Shown one piece after another: positions 36,671-46,103 of a DNA stretch of 64,000 bases (position 1 is the first letter of the stretch; each line of letters opens with the position of its first letter). Under the pieces are notes generated by a model. The model was not told the DNA's origin, did not search any database, and was given only the letters and a program-made list of their open reading frames with translations. Location of the stretch: contig CAXHAT010000004.1 of the NCBI GenBank assembly GCA_964014485.1, forward strand, positions 1 through 64,000. The letters run 5' to 3'. Source of the DNA: an uncultured Deferribacteres bacterium (GTDB lineage: Bacteria > Zhuqueibacterota > Zhuqueibacteria > Zhuqueibacterales > Geothermadaptataceae). The position numbers were made by a program, and so were the translations under genes.

Positions 36671-37282
36671 TCAGCCTATCTCTTTTCTTAAAACTTCAAA
36701 AAGCCTGTTTGCCCATTTCGATGCATCGGTGACTTTTTGCGGATCAATATTCTCAAGAATATCGAATGAATGAGCGCCTTTTCCGTATTCGCCTTTTTGG
36801 GTTTTCTCAGACGCTTTTTTCAAACTCTGAATAATATCCTTTTTTGAAAGACTTTCTATATTTTTGCTTTTAGGCAACTGCGCTGATTTGAAATCTTTGC
36901 CGAAGAAGGTTTCCAACTCAGCAACGTCAGCAAGAAACCAGGTTTCCATGACTTGTACCATCAGGTGAGCTTGCGTATCCAGCACGTCTGAGAGTTTTGT
37001 CCATCCGTCCTGTTTTTTCAAATGCGCCCACGGCTGATTTTTGTGGGAAGCGCTGACGGGAGCTTCTGAATCGACAAGCAGGAAAGGGAATTCATTTGCA
37101 GCAGAAGTTCTGATTGCCGTGCAAAAATCATCGTAAGCGTTACGCCGCGAGCCGCAAGCAACAATTTTTGGCATCTTTCCCTTAAATCCGGCTTTTTCGA
37201 AAAATTTTGAAAATGCACGACGGCATTTCGTTTTCAACTTTTTTTGATCCCCGCCTCCCTCAACATAAATTTTTGCACTCAC
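36671..37282 (-). CDS. DUF4276-family (TOPRIM-like) protein
   Basis: IYVEGGG, ACGSR, LLVDSE, HLMVQVMETWFLAD and Y.KG.HS. Confidence 0.85.
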   Translation of the reverse strand: MSAKIYVEGGGDQKKLKTKCRRAFSKFFEKAGFKGKMPKIVACGSRRNAYDDFCTAIRTSAANEFPFLLVDSEAPVSASHKNQPWAHLKKQDGWTKLSDVLDTQAHLMVQVMETWFLADVAELETFFGKDFKSAQLPKSKNIESLSKKDIIQSLKKASEKTQKGEYGKGAHSFDILENIDPQKVTDASKWANRLFEVLRKEIG

Positions 37283-38457
37283 CAGCGATTTCCCCCAATC
37301 TCACCTTTGCGCCACAGTTCTCCGAGTGAATATTTTTCGAGCCAATCTTTCAGTGCGTCTCTTTCAAGTCTTTTGAACTCTGTACACCCGTTGTTTTTTT
37401 CGCAAACCAGGACAGATTCGGGCGTGTCCGAAAGTTCGTCTATCAGCGCTTCGGAATGCGTCGTTACGATCAGTTGCGTGCGGGCGGACGCTTCTTTCAG
37501 AAGCTTGGCAAGCGTCGGAATAATGTCAGTATGAATGCCAAGCTCCGGTTCTTCAATGCAAATCAAAGGCGGCGGTTTGGGGTGGCACAAAATTGCAAGC
37601 AAACAAATATATCGTAATGTTCCGTCGGAAAGCCTGGTGGCTGGGATAGCAAAATCTCCTTCAGTTAAAAAGAGTTGTACTGATCCGCCTTCGATAATTA
37701 CATCAAAGTCTTCAATTCCTTCATAAAATTCAGCGAGAAGTTTAAGAATTTGCTTTTTAACTTTTGGTTCTCTCTTTAGACTATTAAGAATCAGCCCTAA
37801 ATTTTTACAATCTTCGGTTAAAAAATCATTTGGCGCGTCTGGCTCTTGAGATTGGCGTAGCGGCGCTTGTCTTCCGAAAGACCATTCACGATAAATTCTT
37901 ACTTTGTTAAACTGTTCTCCTAACCAAGTCAGTTCAGGGTATTGATCCGGGTCTTTTCGCTGAGAAAGAATTGATTTGTCAGGCGTCACAGACTCCCTTT
38001 GCAATCTTCTCTCGCCAGCCTTGACATTCAAGACCGGGTGATTATTCTCGTATCGATAATAGAAGTATGGAGCGTCTTCACCTTCTTTGGGTTTGGAATT
38101 CTCAAGTTGCTCGTCGACTAAATGAAATCTCTGACTATCGGAAACAAACTTCATTGAATATTTCAACGACTGTTTTTCTTCTCCATAATATTGAATCATC
38201 GGGCACTCAATCAAGGCTTCGACTAAAGCGGTTGAATCTTTGTCGCCCTTCCATATCCAATCTCGTACGCCCTTGATTGGCGAGGTTTGATCCTTCGGCA
38301 ACGCTTGAAACAAACTAATAATTTCAATCAAGTTCGACTTCCCTGATCCGTTAGCGCCGATCAACACATTAAGCGGACTTAAAGGGATGCTAGCTATACT
38401 TGAACCGAAAGAAAGTATGTTTTTTACATTTAGAGTATTAATTAATCTGTCATTCAT
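37279..38457 (-). CDS. ABC/SMC-like AAA_21-type ATPase
   Basis: Walker A GANGSGKS, signature LSDGT, Walker B ICIEEPELGIH, H-loop TTHS. Start 38457 or 38520. Confidence 0.9.
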   Translation of the reverse strand: MNDRLINTLNVKNILSFGSSIASIPLSPLNVLIGANGSGKSNLIEIISLFQALPKDQTSPIKGVRDWIWKGDKDSTALVEALIECPMIQYYGEEKQSLKYSMKFVSDSQRFHLVDEQLENSKPKEGEDAPYFYYRYENNHPVLNVKAGERRLQRESVTPDKSILSQRKDPDQYPELTWLGEQFNKVRIYREWSFGRQAPLRQSQEPDAPNDFLTEDCKNLGLILNSLKREPKVKKQILKLLAEFYEGIEDFDVIIEGGSVQLFLTEGDFAIPATRLSDGTLRYICLLAILCHPKPPPLICIEEPELGIHTDIIPTLAKLLKEASARTQLIVTTHSEALIDELSDTPESVLVCEKNNGCTEFKRLERDALKDWLEKYSLGELWRKGEIGGNRW

Positions 38458-38509
38458 CTCTTGAATTCCAAAGTTGTTACTTATGGCAGTTCTCTCGTCC
38501 AAGGATAGT

Positions 38510-39292
38510 TCATTCTCCATAAAATTCAGCTTTGCGTTTTTCGACGAACGCGGTTAGACCTTCCTGCCCGTCTTTTGAGTTAAAGAGCGGCTCGACGAGT
38601 TGTCGTTCGAGCGCGAGACCCTCGTCGAGGCTCATGGTTATGCCTTGATAAACGGATTTTTTGATATTACCAATTGCCAAGGTTGGGCCTTTGGCGAGGC
38701 GGGATGCATATTTTACGGTCTCGTCATGAGCGGATTCGGCGGAAAAAATTTTATTTATCATGCCAAGCTTATGCGCGTCCTCGGGCAGAAGCGCGTCGCC
38801 GCCCACCATGAGTTCGAGCGCCTTGTTTGGGCCGACTAGCCGAGAGAGTCGCTGCGTACCGCCGTTGCCGGGGAGCAGTCCCAGCGTGACTTCCGGCAAA
38901 CCGACGCGATACTTTCCTTCGGCGCCAAAACGAAAATCACACGCTAGCGCCATCTCAAATCCGCCGCCCAATGCATGGCCTTGAATTAGCGCAATGAACA
39001 TTTTATCGCTTTTTGCCATTTTGCCCAAAGCGCCGTGCGCCACCCCGACCATTTCCATGTTGGCATCGGTCGGATTTGAGGTAAAAGCTTTAATATCCGC
39101 ACCAGCGGAGAAAAACTTTTCCGACGCGCTTTTTACAATGACCGCCTTCGTCCCCGCATCGCCAATCGCCGCGTCGATAGCGGCGTCGAGATCACGCATG
39201 AAATTGATTTCGTAGCTGTTAGCGGGCGGGCGGTCTAGCGTAATAAACCCAACGCCGTCGTTGCTTTCAAAAGTGACTGTTTTTTCTGACAT
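38510..39292 (-). CDS. Enoyl-CoA hydratase/isomerase family protein
   Basis: FSAGADI, ALGGGFE and LPEVTLGLLPGNGGTQRL, with both catalytic Glu present. Confidence 0.9.
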   Translation of the reverse strand: MSEKTVTFESNDGVGFITLDRPPANSYEINFMRDLDAAIDAAIGDAGTKAVIVKSASEKFFSAGADIKAFTSNPTDANMEMVGVAHGALGKMAKSDKMFIALIQGHALGGGFEMALACDFRFGAEGKYRVGLPEVTLGLLPGNGGTQRLSRLVGPNKALELMVGGDALLPEDAHKLGMINKIFSAESAHDETVKYASRLAKGPTLAIGNIKKSVYQGITMSLDEGLALERQLVEPLFNSKDGQEGLTAFVEKRKAEFYGE

Positions 39293-39334
39293 TTATTGTT
39301 CCTGATATTGATATTCTGGTCAATTTTAAAATTC

Positions 39335-39362
39335 GTAGAGACGCGATGTATCGCGTCTCTAC
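39335..39362. repeat. GTAG-type REP palindrome
   Basis: GTAGAGACGCGAT-GT-ATCGCGTCTCTAC, perfect 13-bp arms. Confidence 0.8.
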
Positions 39363-39370
39363 CAGGGAGA

Positions 39371-40837
39371 TTATTCCCAATCCAGTCCGCCGAAAACGGC
39401 GCTTTTGTTTTCGAGATAATAGTCAACGGCTTCAGGACCGTGCTCATGGCCGAGACCGGAAGCTTTGACGCCGCCGAACGGCAATTCATCGTAGCCATAA
39501 TGGATTTGGTTGACCCATGTCATGCCAGAATCGATTTCACGAATGGCACGATTGGCCCAGGAAAGATTTTGCGTCCAGATCGAAGAGCCGAGGCCCCATG
39601 CGCTGTTATTGGCTTTGGCGATGGCCTCGTCGAGGCTTGAAACTTTCCACACCGGCAGCACCGGACCGAACACTTCCTCAGTCGCGAGTTTGCTGTCCTC
39701 GGAAACGTTAGCGACGACCGCCGGGCGAAAGTAGTGGCCGTTGGCGTATTTGTCGCCTTGGGGACGTTCACCGCCGACGAGCACTTCCGCACCCTTGTCA
39801 ACAGCATCGGCAAGCTGCTCTTCGATTTCCTGGCGCTGGTAGGCAATGTGGAGCGGCCCCATGCGGATGAAGGGCTTTTCAGGCTTGGTAGTTCCGTCGC
39901 CGGGTTCGTAATTCGCGACTTTTTTAACCAAGCCTTCCATAAATTCATCGTAGATTTCTTCGAAAAGGAAAAGGCGTTTGACGGCAAGACACGCTTGTCC
40001 CGCGTTCCAGAAACGTCCGATAATCGCGCCGCTGATTGCACGTTTAATGTTCGCGTCCGGGCAAACAATCATCGGGTCGGAGCCGCCGAGTTCAAGCGTG
40101 ATTCGCTTGAAATCCGGGCCTGCTACTTCCATCACGCGACGGCCCGTTTCCGACGAACCTGTGAGCGCCACACGGCGAACGTCAGGATGTGAAATAAGCG
40201 TTTCGCCAATTTCACGCCCCGGCCCAGTGACGCAATTGAGTACGCCCGGCGGAAGCCCTGCTTCGTTGAGCAAGCCGATAATTTTCAAAGTGGCCAAAGG
40301 CGTTGTGCTGGCGGGTTTAATAATTATTGGACATCCAGCAATCAGCGCCGGCCCGACTTTGGTGCCCATCAAAGTCAACGGGAAATTCCAGGGCACAATC
40401 CCGACGCAAACGCCGACGGGGCGACGAACGATTATGCCGTAAGCGTGTTTTCCCAGCGCCGGCGGCAACGGCGATTGCGCGCCGCGAATTTTGCTGGCCA
40501 GTCCGGCGTAGTATTCCATGCCGTGCAAAAAGTGATGCAGTTCACCGCCCGCTTCAAACAGCGGCTTGCCTTGCTCAAGCGTCAGCAGCTTGGAAATTTC
40601 TCTGGAGTTCTCTTTAACCAGCGCAATGCCTTTTCGCAACACTTCAGCACGGTCATCGGGCGAAGTATCCGCCCAACTTGCGAACGCCGCATTTGCCGCC
40701 GCTACCGCTGCTTCGGCGTCTTCAGCAGCGCCGCGCGGGACCGTGTCTACTGTGTTTCCATTTGCAGGATTTGAAACATCCATTGTTGCGCCGCTGAGGG
40801 CGTCCTTCCATTCACCGTTGATAAACATTTGCGCCAT
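39371..40837 (-). CDS. NAD(P)-dependent aldehyde dehydrogenase
   Basis: PWNFP, TGS, LELGG, NAGQAC, EEVFGP and PFGGVK. Confidence 0.95.
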   Translation of the reverse strand: MAQMFINGEWKDALSGATMDVSNPANGNTVDTVPRGAAEDAEAAVAAANAAFASWADTSPDDRAEVLRKGIALVKENSREISKLLTLEQGKPLFEAGGELHHFLHGMEYYAGLASKIRGAQSPLPPALGKHAYGIIVRRPVGVCVGIVPWNFPLTLMGTKVGPALIAGCPIIIKPASTTPLATLKIIGLLNEAGLPPGVLNCVTGPGREIGETLISHPDVRRVALTGSSETGRRVMEVAGPDFKRITLELGGSDPMIVCPDANIKRAISGAIIGRFWNAGQACLAVKRLFLFEEIYDEFMEGLVKKVANYEPGDGTTKPEKPFIRMGPLHIAYQRQEIEEQLADAVDKGAEVLVGGERPQGDKYANGHYFRPAVVANVSEDSKLATEEVFGPVLPVWKVSSLDEAIAKANNSAWGLGSSIWTQNLSWANRAIREIDSGMTWVNQIHYGYDELPFGGVKASGLGHEHGPEAVDYYLENKSAVFGGLDWE

Positions 40838-40992
40838 CGAAATGTGCTCCTTAAAAAAATGAAAACAAGGCGTTAAACCTTGTTTTTATTTCTTGGGTAA
40901 AAGTGTTTTTGAAAAATCCTGATCGAAAGAGTATGATTCATGATCAGAAAAAAGATGTGTGCAAAATAGCCGAAAGTCAAGCGAATTGTCTC

Positions 40993-42063
40993 TCAGCGCA
41001 ATTGGTCTCGAAGGGTTCGGAGAGCCGTTGAAACGATCAGGTCTTGGCCGGAATCCAAAACGTCTTCAGTGCTAACGGTAATGTCAGGCCGGACGCCAAC
41101 GTCTTCAATAAATTGACCTTGAAGGTCTGTCTCGATCCAGGTGGAAATACTATAGAGCCAGCCATTCGGCAGTTCTTTTACGACTGGCCCGCCTGAACTT
41201 CCGCCGGTCTTGTCGCCGATAATGGTCGCATTGGCAGCCGCGCGCATGGCCAGTGCGAAGCTTTCCGCCGCACTCAAAGTCCAACGGTTGGTCAAAATGA
41301 TCGTGGGCTTGGCGAATGGAACCTCCGACGTGGGGGCAACATATCTTGGCGTCGGTGCGGTCAAATCATCGTTTTCCGGTCCGTTGCGAAATTGGACGTT
41401 TCCGAATGCAACCTTCTCAGACGCAAATTTTCCCGCCAAATACAGCGCCACTGCGTCGTTGCCTCCAATATTGTCGCGAATGTCGATTATGATTCCTTCG
41501 AACGCCTCGGATGATTCGAAAACAGCATCAAACGCAAGCGTCCAGCGCTCCTTCTGGTCGCTGGGAAAGCCGCCCAGGTGCATGTAGGCGATTGGTTCAA
41601 AAACAGCCGGTCCATTCTGGCTGGTTTGAATTTTTTTGATGCGAAAAAAGAACGGCAGCGGTTCATTTGTTGGCAGAATGGAAGAAACAGTAAACAGCCG
41701 CTCGACGACGGGAAAACTAAAATTTCGGGGCGTGCCCGGCTCATTCACGACATGATCAAAAATTCGTGACGGCGTGATCAAACGAACATGACCGTCTTCG
41801 AGCTGCGAAAGCATCTCCCATAATATATTTGCCAAGGGGCGGGGAACGCGTCCGTTTTCATCAAACTGGGCGTCAAAGACGTTGTAGACGCTGCGCCACT
41901 CTACATTTTTATGGTCAAAGTACGGGTAAACGTTATCAAATTCCTGCCACAGCGTTTCAAATACCTCTCTTTGATTTTCATCTTCGGGCGAGTCTACAAC
42001 GAGACTGCTACAAGACGCGGCGAGGGTTGAAATTAGCAGAAATAGAAATATTTTTCGATTCAT
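40993..42063 (-). CDS. S41-family peptidase lipoprotein
   Basis: AASC lipobox, DGH, DIRDNIGG, SAAE, IIGDKTGG and GVRPD. Confidence 0.85.
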   Translation of the reverse strand: MNRKIFLFLLISTLAASCSSLVVDSPEDENQREVFETLWQEFDNVYPYFDHKNVEWRSVYNVFDAQFDENGRVPRPLANILWEMLSQLEDGHVRLITPSRIFDHVVNEPGTPRNFSFPVVERLFTVSSILPTNEPLPFFFRIKKIQTSQNGPAVFEPIAYMHLGGFPSDQKERWTLAFDAVFESSEAFEGIIIDIRDNIGGNDAVALYLAGKFASEKVAFGNVQFRNGPENDDLTAPTPRYVAPTSEVPFAKPTIILTNRWTLSAAESFALAMRAAANATIIGDKTGGSSGGPVVKELPNGWLYSISTWIETDLQGQFIEDVGVRPDITVSTEDVLDSGQDLIVSTALRTLRDQLR

Positions 42064-42102
42064 CAAACAGAGCATGTTTTGGGGATAACTTTTAGCGTGA
42101 AT

Positions 42103-42987
42103 TTAGAATTTAAGAGACAAGCCGGAAGTCAGTTTTAGCGCAGCAGTTTCCGTCCTATGCAGCCGCGTCAGTCGCTGATAATCACTCGCAAGCCCAAAAT
42201 TCAAGAATAGATTTTCAGAAACGGCGAGGCCGATCTTTGCAACAAATCCGGCTCCTCTAAATTTATTCACGGTCGAAATATTGCTCTTCAGGGAGCCTTT
42301 GACGTAGCGCGGCGGGCGAAGCGAATATCCAACAATGGGGACGTCAAAAAATATCGAAAATAACGACGTTCTCGATTTATCCAGCGCAGCCTCAACGCCA
42401 ATAACCGCTGAAAGCGCCGCATACATTTCTTCAACGATTTCGCTGGCAATACTTTGATTGAAACGACTGTTTCTTTGGCGTTTAAGCGCGTATCGCGTCG
42501 CAAAGCCGCCGCCGCCGCGTATTTTGATTCTCCCGTTTTGCAGGTCGGTCAGTTGGTTCAGGTACTGAAACGCGCCGTGCAATCGTTTGTATTCCAAACG
42601 ATTGTCAAACGCCGGCGCTTCGACGTCCGAGCTCAAATCAACGCCGTTTGCATATGAAAAGCTCGCATTTATACGCCCGCCGGGCATTTGACGAACGTAG
42701 TAAATTTCCAGGGGGATTCTAAATCGCGATCCGGAATAGGTCGCCGCGGAAAGCGCATAGTCTCGCGTTTTCAAAAAAACTGCGCCAAAGTCCGCCCCAA
42801 TTTCGTGGCGTTTTAACTTTTCAGCGGCTTGCGAGGGGAATGAGAGACAAATGAGAAGACTGAGGCTAAGGAATGCATCGCGAAGTCGGAGCACTTTTTC
42901 GGTTCCAAACGAGGTCAAGCGTTTATCAGTAGGCAAAAACAAACCGTCGTCCTGAAATTTGGGGACGGCGGCTTGCAGTAGATTCAT
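42103..42987 (-). CDS. Hypothetical exported protein, probable outer-membrane beta-barrel
   Basis: Signal-like segment ending SQA, amphipathic strands, C-terminal GLSLKF. Start uncertain. Confidence 0.55.
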   Translation of the reverse strand: MNLLQAAVPKFQDDGLFLPTDKRLTSFGTEKVLRLRDAFLSLSLLICLSFPSQAAEKLKRHEIGADFGAVFLKTRDYALSAATYSGSRFRIPLEIYYVRQMPGGRINASFSYANGVDLSSDVEAPAFDNRLEYKRLHGAFQYLNQLTDLQNGRIKIRGGGGFATRYALKRQRNSRFNQSIASEIVEEMYAALSAVIGVEAALDKSRTSLFSIFFDVPIVGYSLRPPRYVKGSLKSNISTVNKFRGAGFVAKIGLAVSENLFLNFGLASDYQRLTRLHRTETAALKLTSGLSLKF

Positions 42988-42991
42988 TTTT

Positions 42992-43190
42992 CACTACCTG
43001 ACACTTTTTGTATAGGCTTTTAAAACTGGTGAAAAAGCCCGGAATTGTCATGCTGGAAGCAACTTTTTTGATCCGACCCTTAAACTTTTGAGCATGATCT
43101 GTACTGGGAGGTAACAAAGATTCCTGCAAAATGACAAAACGGGCTTTTCGACGGCTCAAAAATGCAGTTTACAAAAAGTGTCAGGTAGAG
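42992..43190. mobile_element. 199-bp MITE with 21-bp TIR and 11-12-bp TSD
   Basis: TIR CACTACCTGACACTTTTTGTA / TACAAAAAGTGTCAGGTAGAG (20/21), TSD AGATTCATTTT at 42980 and 43191. Confidence 0.85.
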
Positions 43191-43254
43191 AGATTCATTT
43201 TAGTTTCTAAGCGCGAAAGCGATGAATGTTCCGCGTAAGAATCAGTGCGTTTTC

Positions 43255-44328
43255 TTAGCCGTCAGCCAACAAATTTCTAAGATCGATAATCCCGGCGTTT
43301 GCGCGCGAAATATAAGAAGACATGACCAGAGAATGGTTCGAGAAAAAGCCGAAATCAGAACCGTTTAAAATGATCGGGCTCCAAATTGTGCGTTGCGTCG
43401 CTTCCAGTTCGCGAATAATTTGCTGCAAGCTGCGAACGGCGTTTTTCTTTTCCAAAACTTCCTGAAAATCAACTTCAACAGCGCGCAGGAATTGAATCAA
43501 CGCCCAGCATGTGCCGCGCGATTCATAAAAGACGTCATCAATCTCAAGCCAAGGAGTCTTCACTCGAACGCTGACCGGCTCTGAAGTTGATTGCCGCGCG
43601 TCGGCGTCCCCGGCGAGATTGGTATTGATCCGCTGCTGCCCCACGCTGGCGCTCAAGCGTTGCGACAAGCTGCCAAGTCGATTGCCGACAATTTTCAACC
43701 AATCGCGTAAATTATCCGCCCTTGAGAAAAATTGCGTTGTGGTATTGTTCGGGTCTGTGAGTCCGTCGAGGTATTTTTCGAGCGCAACAACGCCTTTTCT
43801 ATACTCATTTTCGGAAGACGGAAAAATCCAGGACTCGCTGTCCACGTTAAATTGCGGCTCGGCTTTTCTCAAATGTTCATTTTCTTCGGACTGCGTTTGC
43901 GCTCGACTAATATCGTTGCGCAACGCTTTCGAAAAGTCACGAATTTGGACGAGAGCGCCGAACTCCCAATTCGGAATGTTGTCCATAAAAACTGTCGGCG
44001 GCGTCACATCATTGCTCAAATAGCCGCCCGGCTTGTTGAGCAAGGTATTCGCGACTTCAATAAGCGTGGCCGTCGTGATATAGCCGCGCACAATTTGCTG
44101 CTCGCTGCTTGCGCCAATTCGCTCTTTCGCCCTATCGACAACGTCAAAAGCCTCCGGCTCTTGCCCCCAGTAGTAGCTCAATCCAAAAAGAAAGAAAAAC
44201 ACGAACAAAACAATGATCACGATGATCGCACGCACGCCGCCGCGCTCGCGAAACTTCTTCAACGACAATGCGGCGCCGATACGCTTCCAAACGCTCTGTT
44301 TTTTGGGTGCTGCAATTTCGTCAAACAC
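43255..44328 (-). CDS. DUF2333-family membrane-anchored protein
   Basis: LLNKPGGYLSND..PP..MDNIPNWEFG, RADNL, IDDVFYESRG and NHSLVM. Confidence 0.85.
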   Translation of the reverse strand: MFDEIAAPKKQSVWKRIGAALSLKKFRERGGVRAIIVIIVLFVFFFLFGLSYYWGQEPEAFDVVDRAKERIGASSEQQIVRGYITTATLIEVANTLLNKPGGYLSNDVTPPTVFMDNIPNWEFGALVQIRDFSKALRNDISRAQTQSEENEHLRKAEPQFNVDSESWIFPSSENEYRKGVVALEKYLDGLTDPNNTTTQFFSRADNLRDWLKIVGNRLGSLSQRLSASVGQQRINTNLAGDADARQSTSEPVSVRVKTPWLEIDDVFYESRGTCWALIQFLRAVEVDFQEVLEKKNAVRSLQQIIRELEATQRTIWSPIILNGSDFGFFSNHSLVMSSYISRANAGIIDLRNLLADG

Positions 44329-44415
44329 AGTATGCCTCCATTTATTTAAATTGGTCTTGTTGTTTCAAGTGCTCTGCTTGCTACGGAGGTCGCTGTTAAT
44401 AGATACCTTTTTCTT

Positions 44416-45234
44416 TCAAATTTTACAATGGAGAAAATAGAAACATCGGCGCGCCTGCGCGTCTCGATAAAAAGCGGTAATTTGATAACCCGCTTCCATA
44501 TATTTTTCAAACGCCGCGCGCGTGGATTTGCGCCAAGCCTTAGCCGCCGTCATTGATTTTTGCTTCAGTTTTTGGACGTCTTCCGGTATTTCAATACGGA
44601 TTGTTTCCGAGGTCGAATCCAGTAGTTCGCCTGGTAAAAATTCATCATTTTCTACGTTTGAGCCGTTGATGACAGGCGCTTGGTTCAAAAGATTTTCCGA
44701 GTATGAGCGTCGCGCCGTCAGCGTTTTCTCAAAACGATCCTCAGCGATATGCCACGCGACAATGCATCGATCCATCGACAAGCCCGCGTGCAAGGCGCCG
44801 CCGGACGATTCGTACATGTTCGGCACGTATTCATCGATCTCAACGCCGAGCTTGTTCAAATTAAAATTGGCATTACGCGATTCCAGCGGATCGTATGTCC
44901 AGTACACAACCTCGACGCCATTTTTCAGGCAAAGCTCGCGTTGAAAATGTTTGAGTTTTATGCCCAGCCCTTTATCACGAAACTCCGGCCTGACGGCAAG
45001 CATGTCAGACCAGTGCACGATTGCGCTGTTTTTAACGCCGGTGAGACCAAAAACAAACCCGATGAGCTTGCCGGAATCATCAAATGCTCCGGCGGAAACA
45101 CCGCCAATCTTTTGCCCCACCATTTGGATTATTGGCGGGACGCATTCGGTGAAGTTTTCTCCCCAAGTCAATTTTTGTAATTCAACACACGCCTGATAAT
45201 CAGCGGCGGATTCGAATTCGCGTAGAGTGGACAT
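44416..45234 (-). CDS. GNAT-family acyltransferase (COG3375-like)
   Basis: HWSDMLAVRPEFRDKGLG..LK..QR, WTYDPLESRNA.FN..KLG and Y.PNMY. Confidence 0.85.
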   Translation of the reverse strand: MSTLREFESAADYQACVELQKLTWGENFTECVPPIIQMVGQKIGGVSAGAFDDSGKLIGFVFGLTGVKNSAIVHWSDMLAVRPEFRDKGLGIKLKHFQRELCLKNGVEVVYWTYDPLESRNANFNLNKLGVEIDEYVPNMYESSGGALHAGLSMDRCIVAWHIAEDRFEKTLTARRSYSENLLNQAPVINGSNVENDEFLPGELLDSTSETIRIEIPEDVQKLKQKSMTAAKAWRKSTRAAFEKYMEAGYQITAFYRDAQARRCFYFLHCKI

Positions 45235-45344
45235 AGGCTTAGGATGGTTTGTGTTTTTTGCGAATCAGCGTTCAGAAAGCGGCATTTGAGGAAAGCCGTT
45301 TCTTATATCCAAGCTAGGCTCGTAATGCTTTGACAAACAAATAT

Positions 45345-46103
45345 TTAGAGAAAAGAGTCGAAAATCAACTTTCCGGAAAAAACGAGCACGGCGGCAATGA
45401 CGAAGCGGCGAATCCAGTGGTGGCCTTTTTTGACTGCGACATGGGTGCCCGCCCAGCCGCCAATCGCGTTTCCGACGCCCAAAAGAAAACCGTAGAGCCA
45501 GTGCACCTGACCGTTGACGACAAATATGGCCATGGCAAGGAACGTAAAAATGCCAACGACGATATTTTTAACGGCATTTATTTTGACCAAATCAAGCCCG
45601 GCCATCAAAAGGATGCTAATAATCAAAAACCCGACCCCGGCCTGGATAAAGCCCCCGTAGAGGCCGACAATAAAGAAGCCGATAAAAAGGACGATTCGAC
45701 GCAACAACGGCTTTTCCGCGTCAATCGCCTTGATGCGTTTCGCCGGATCGAAAAGGATGATCGCGAGCACAAAAAGCATGACGACGCCGAGCACAGGCTT
45801 GAATAATTCATCACTCAGGTCAACGGCAACCCACGCGCCGATCCATGCGCCAATGAGCGCGGGAACGGCGGCCATAACGCTGGTTTTAACTGGAAATACT
45901 TTGTGCCTGCGGAATCCCACCATGGTCACCAACGACTGCATCAGCAAAGCAACGCGATTCGTGCCGTTGGCGACTGCGCCAGGGAGTCCGAGAAAAATAA
46001 GGGTGGGTAAGGTCAAAAGCGACCCGCCTCCAGCCAGGACGTTGATAAATCCAGTAATCACGCCGACTGAAAGCAGGATAGTCGCTTCGAGCCAAATTGA
46101 CAT
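45345..46103 (-). CDS. TauE/SafE-family permease
   Basis: AGGGSLLTLP, ANGTNR and YGGFIQAGVG. Confidence 0.9.
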   Translation of the reverse strand: MSIWLEATILLSVGVITGFINVLAGGGSLLTLPTLIFLGLPGAVANGTNRVALLMQSLVTMVGFRRHKVFPVKTSVMAAVPALIGAWIGAWVAVDLSDELFKPVLGVVMLFVLAIILFDPAKRIKAIDAEKPLLRRIVLFIGFFIVGLYGGFIQAGVGFLIISILLMAGLDLVKINAVKNIVVGIFTFLAMAIFVVNGQVHWLYGFLLGVGNAIGGWAGTHVAVKKGHHWIRRFVIAAVLVFSGKLIFDSFL

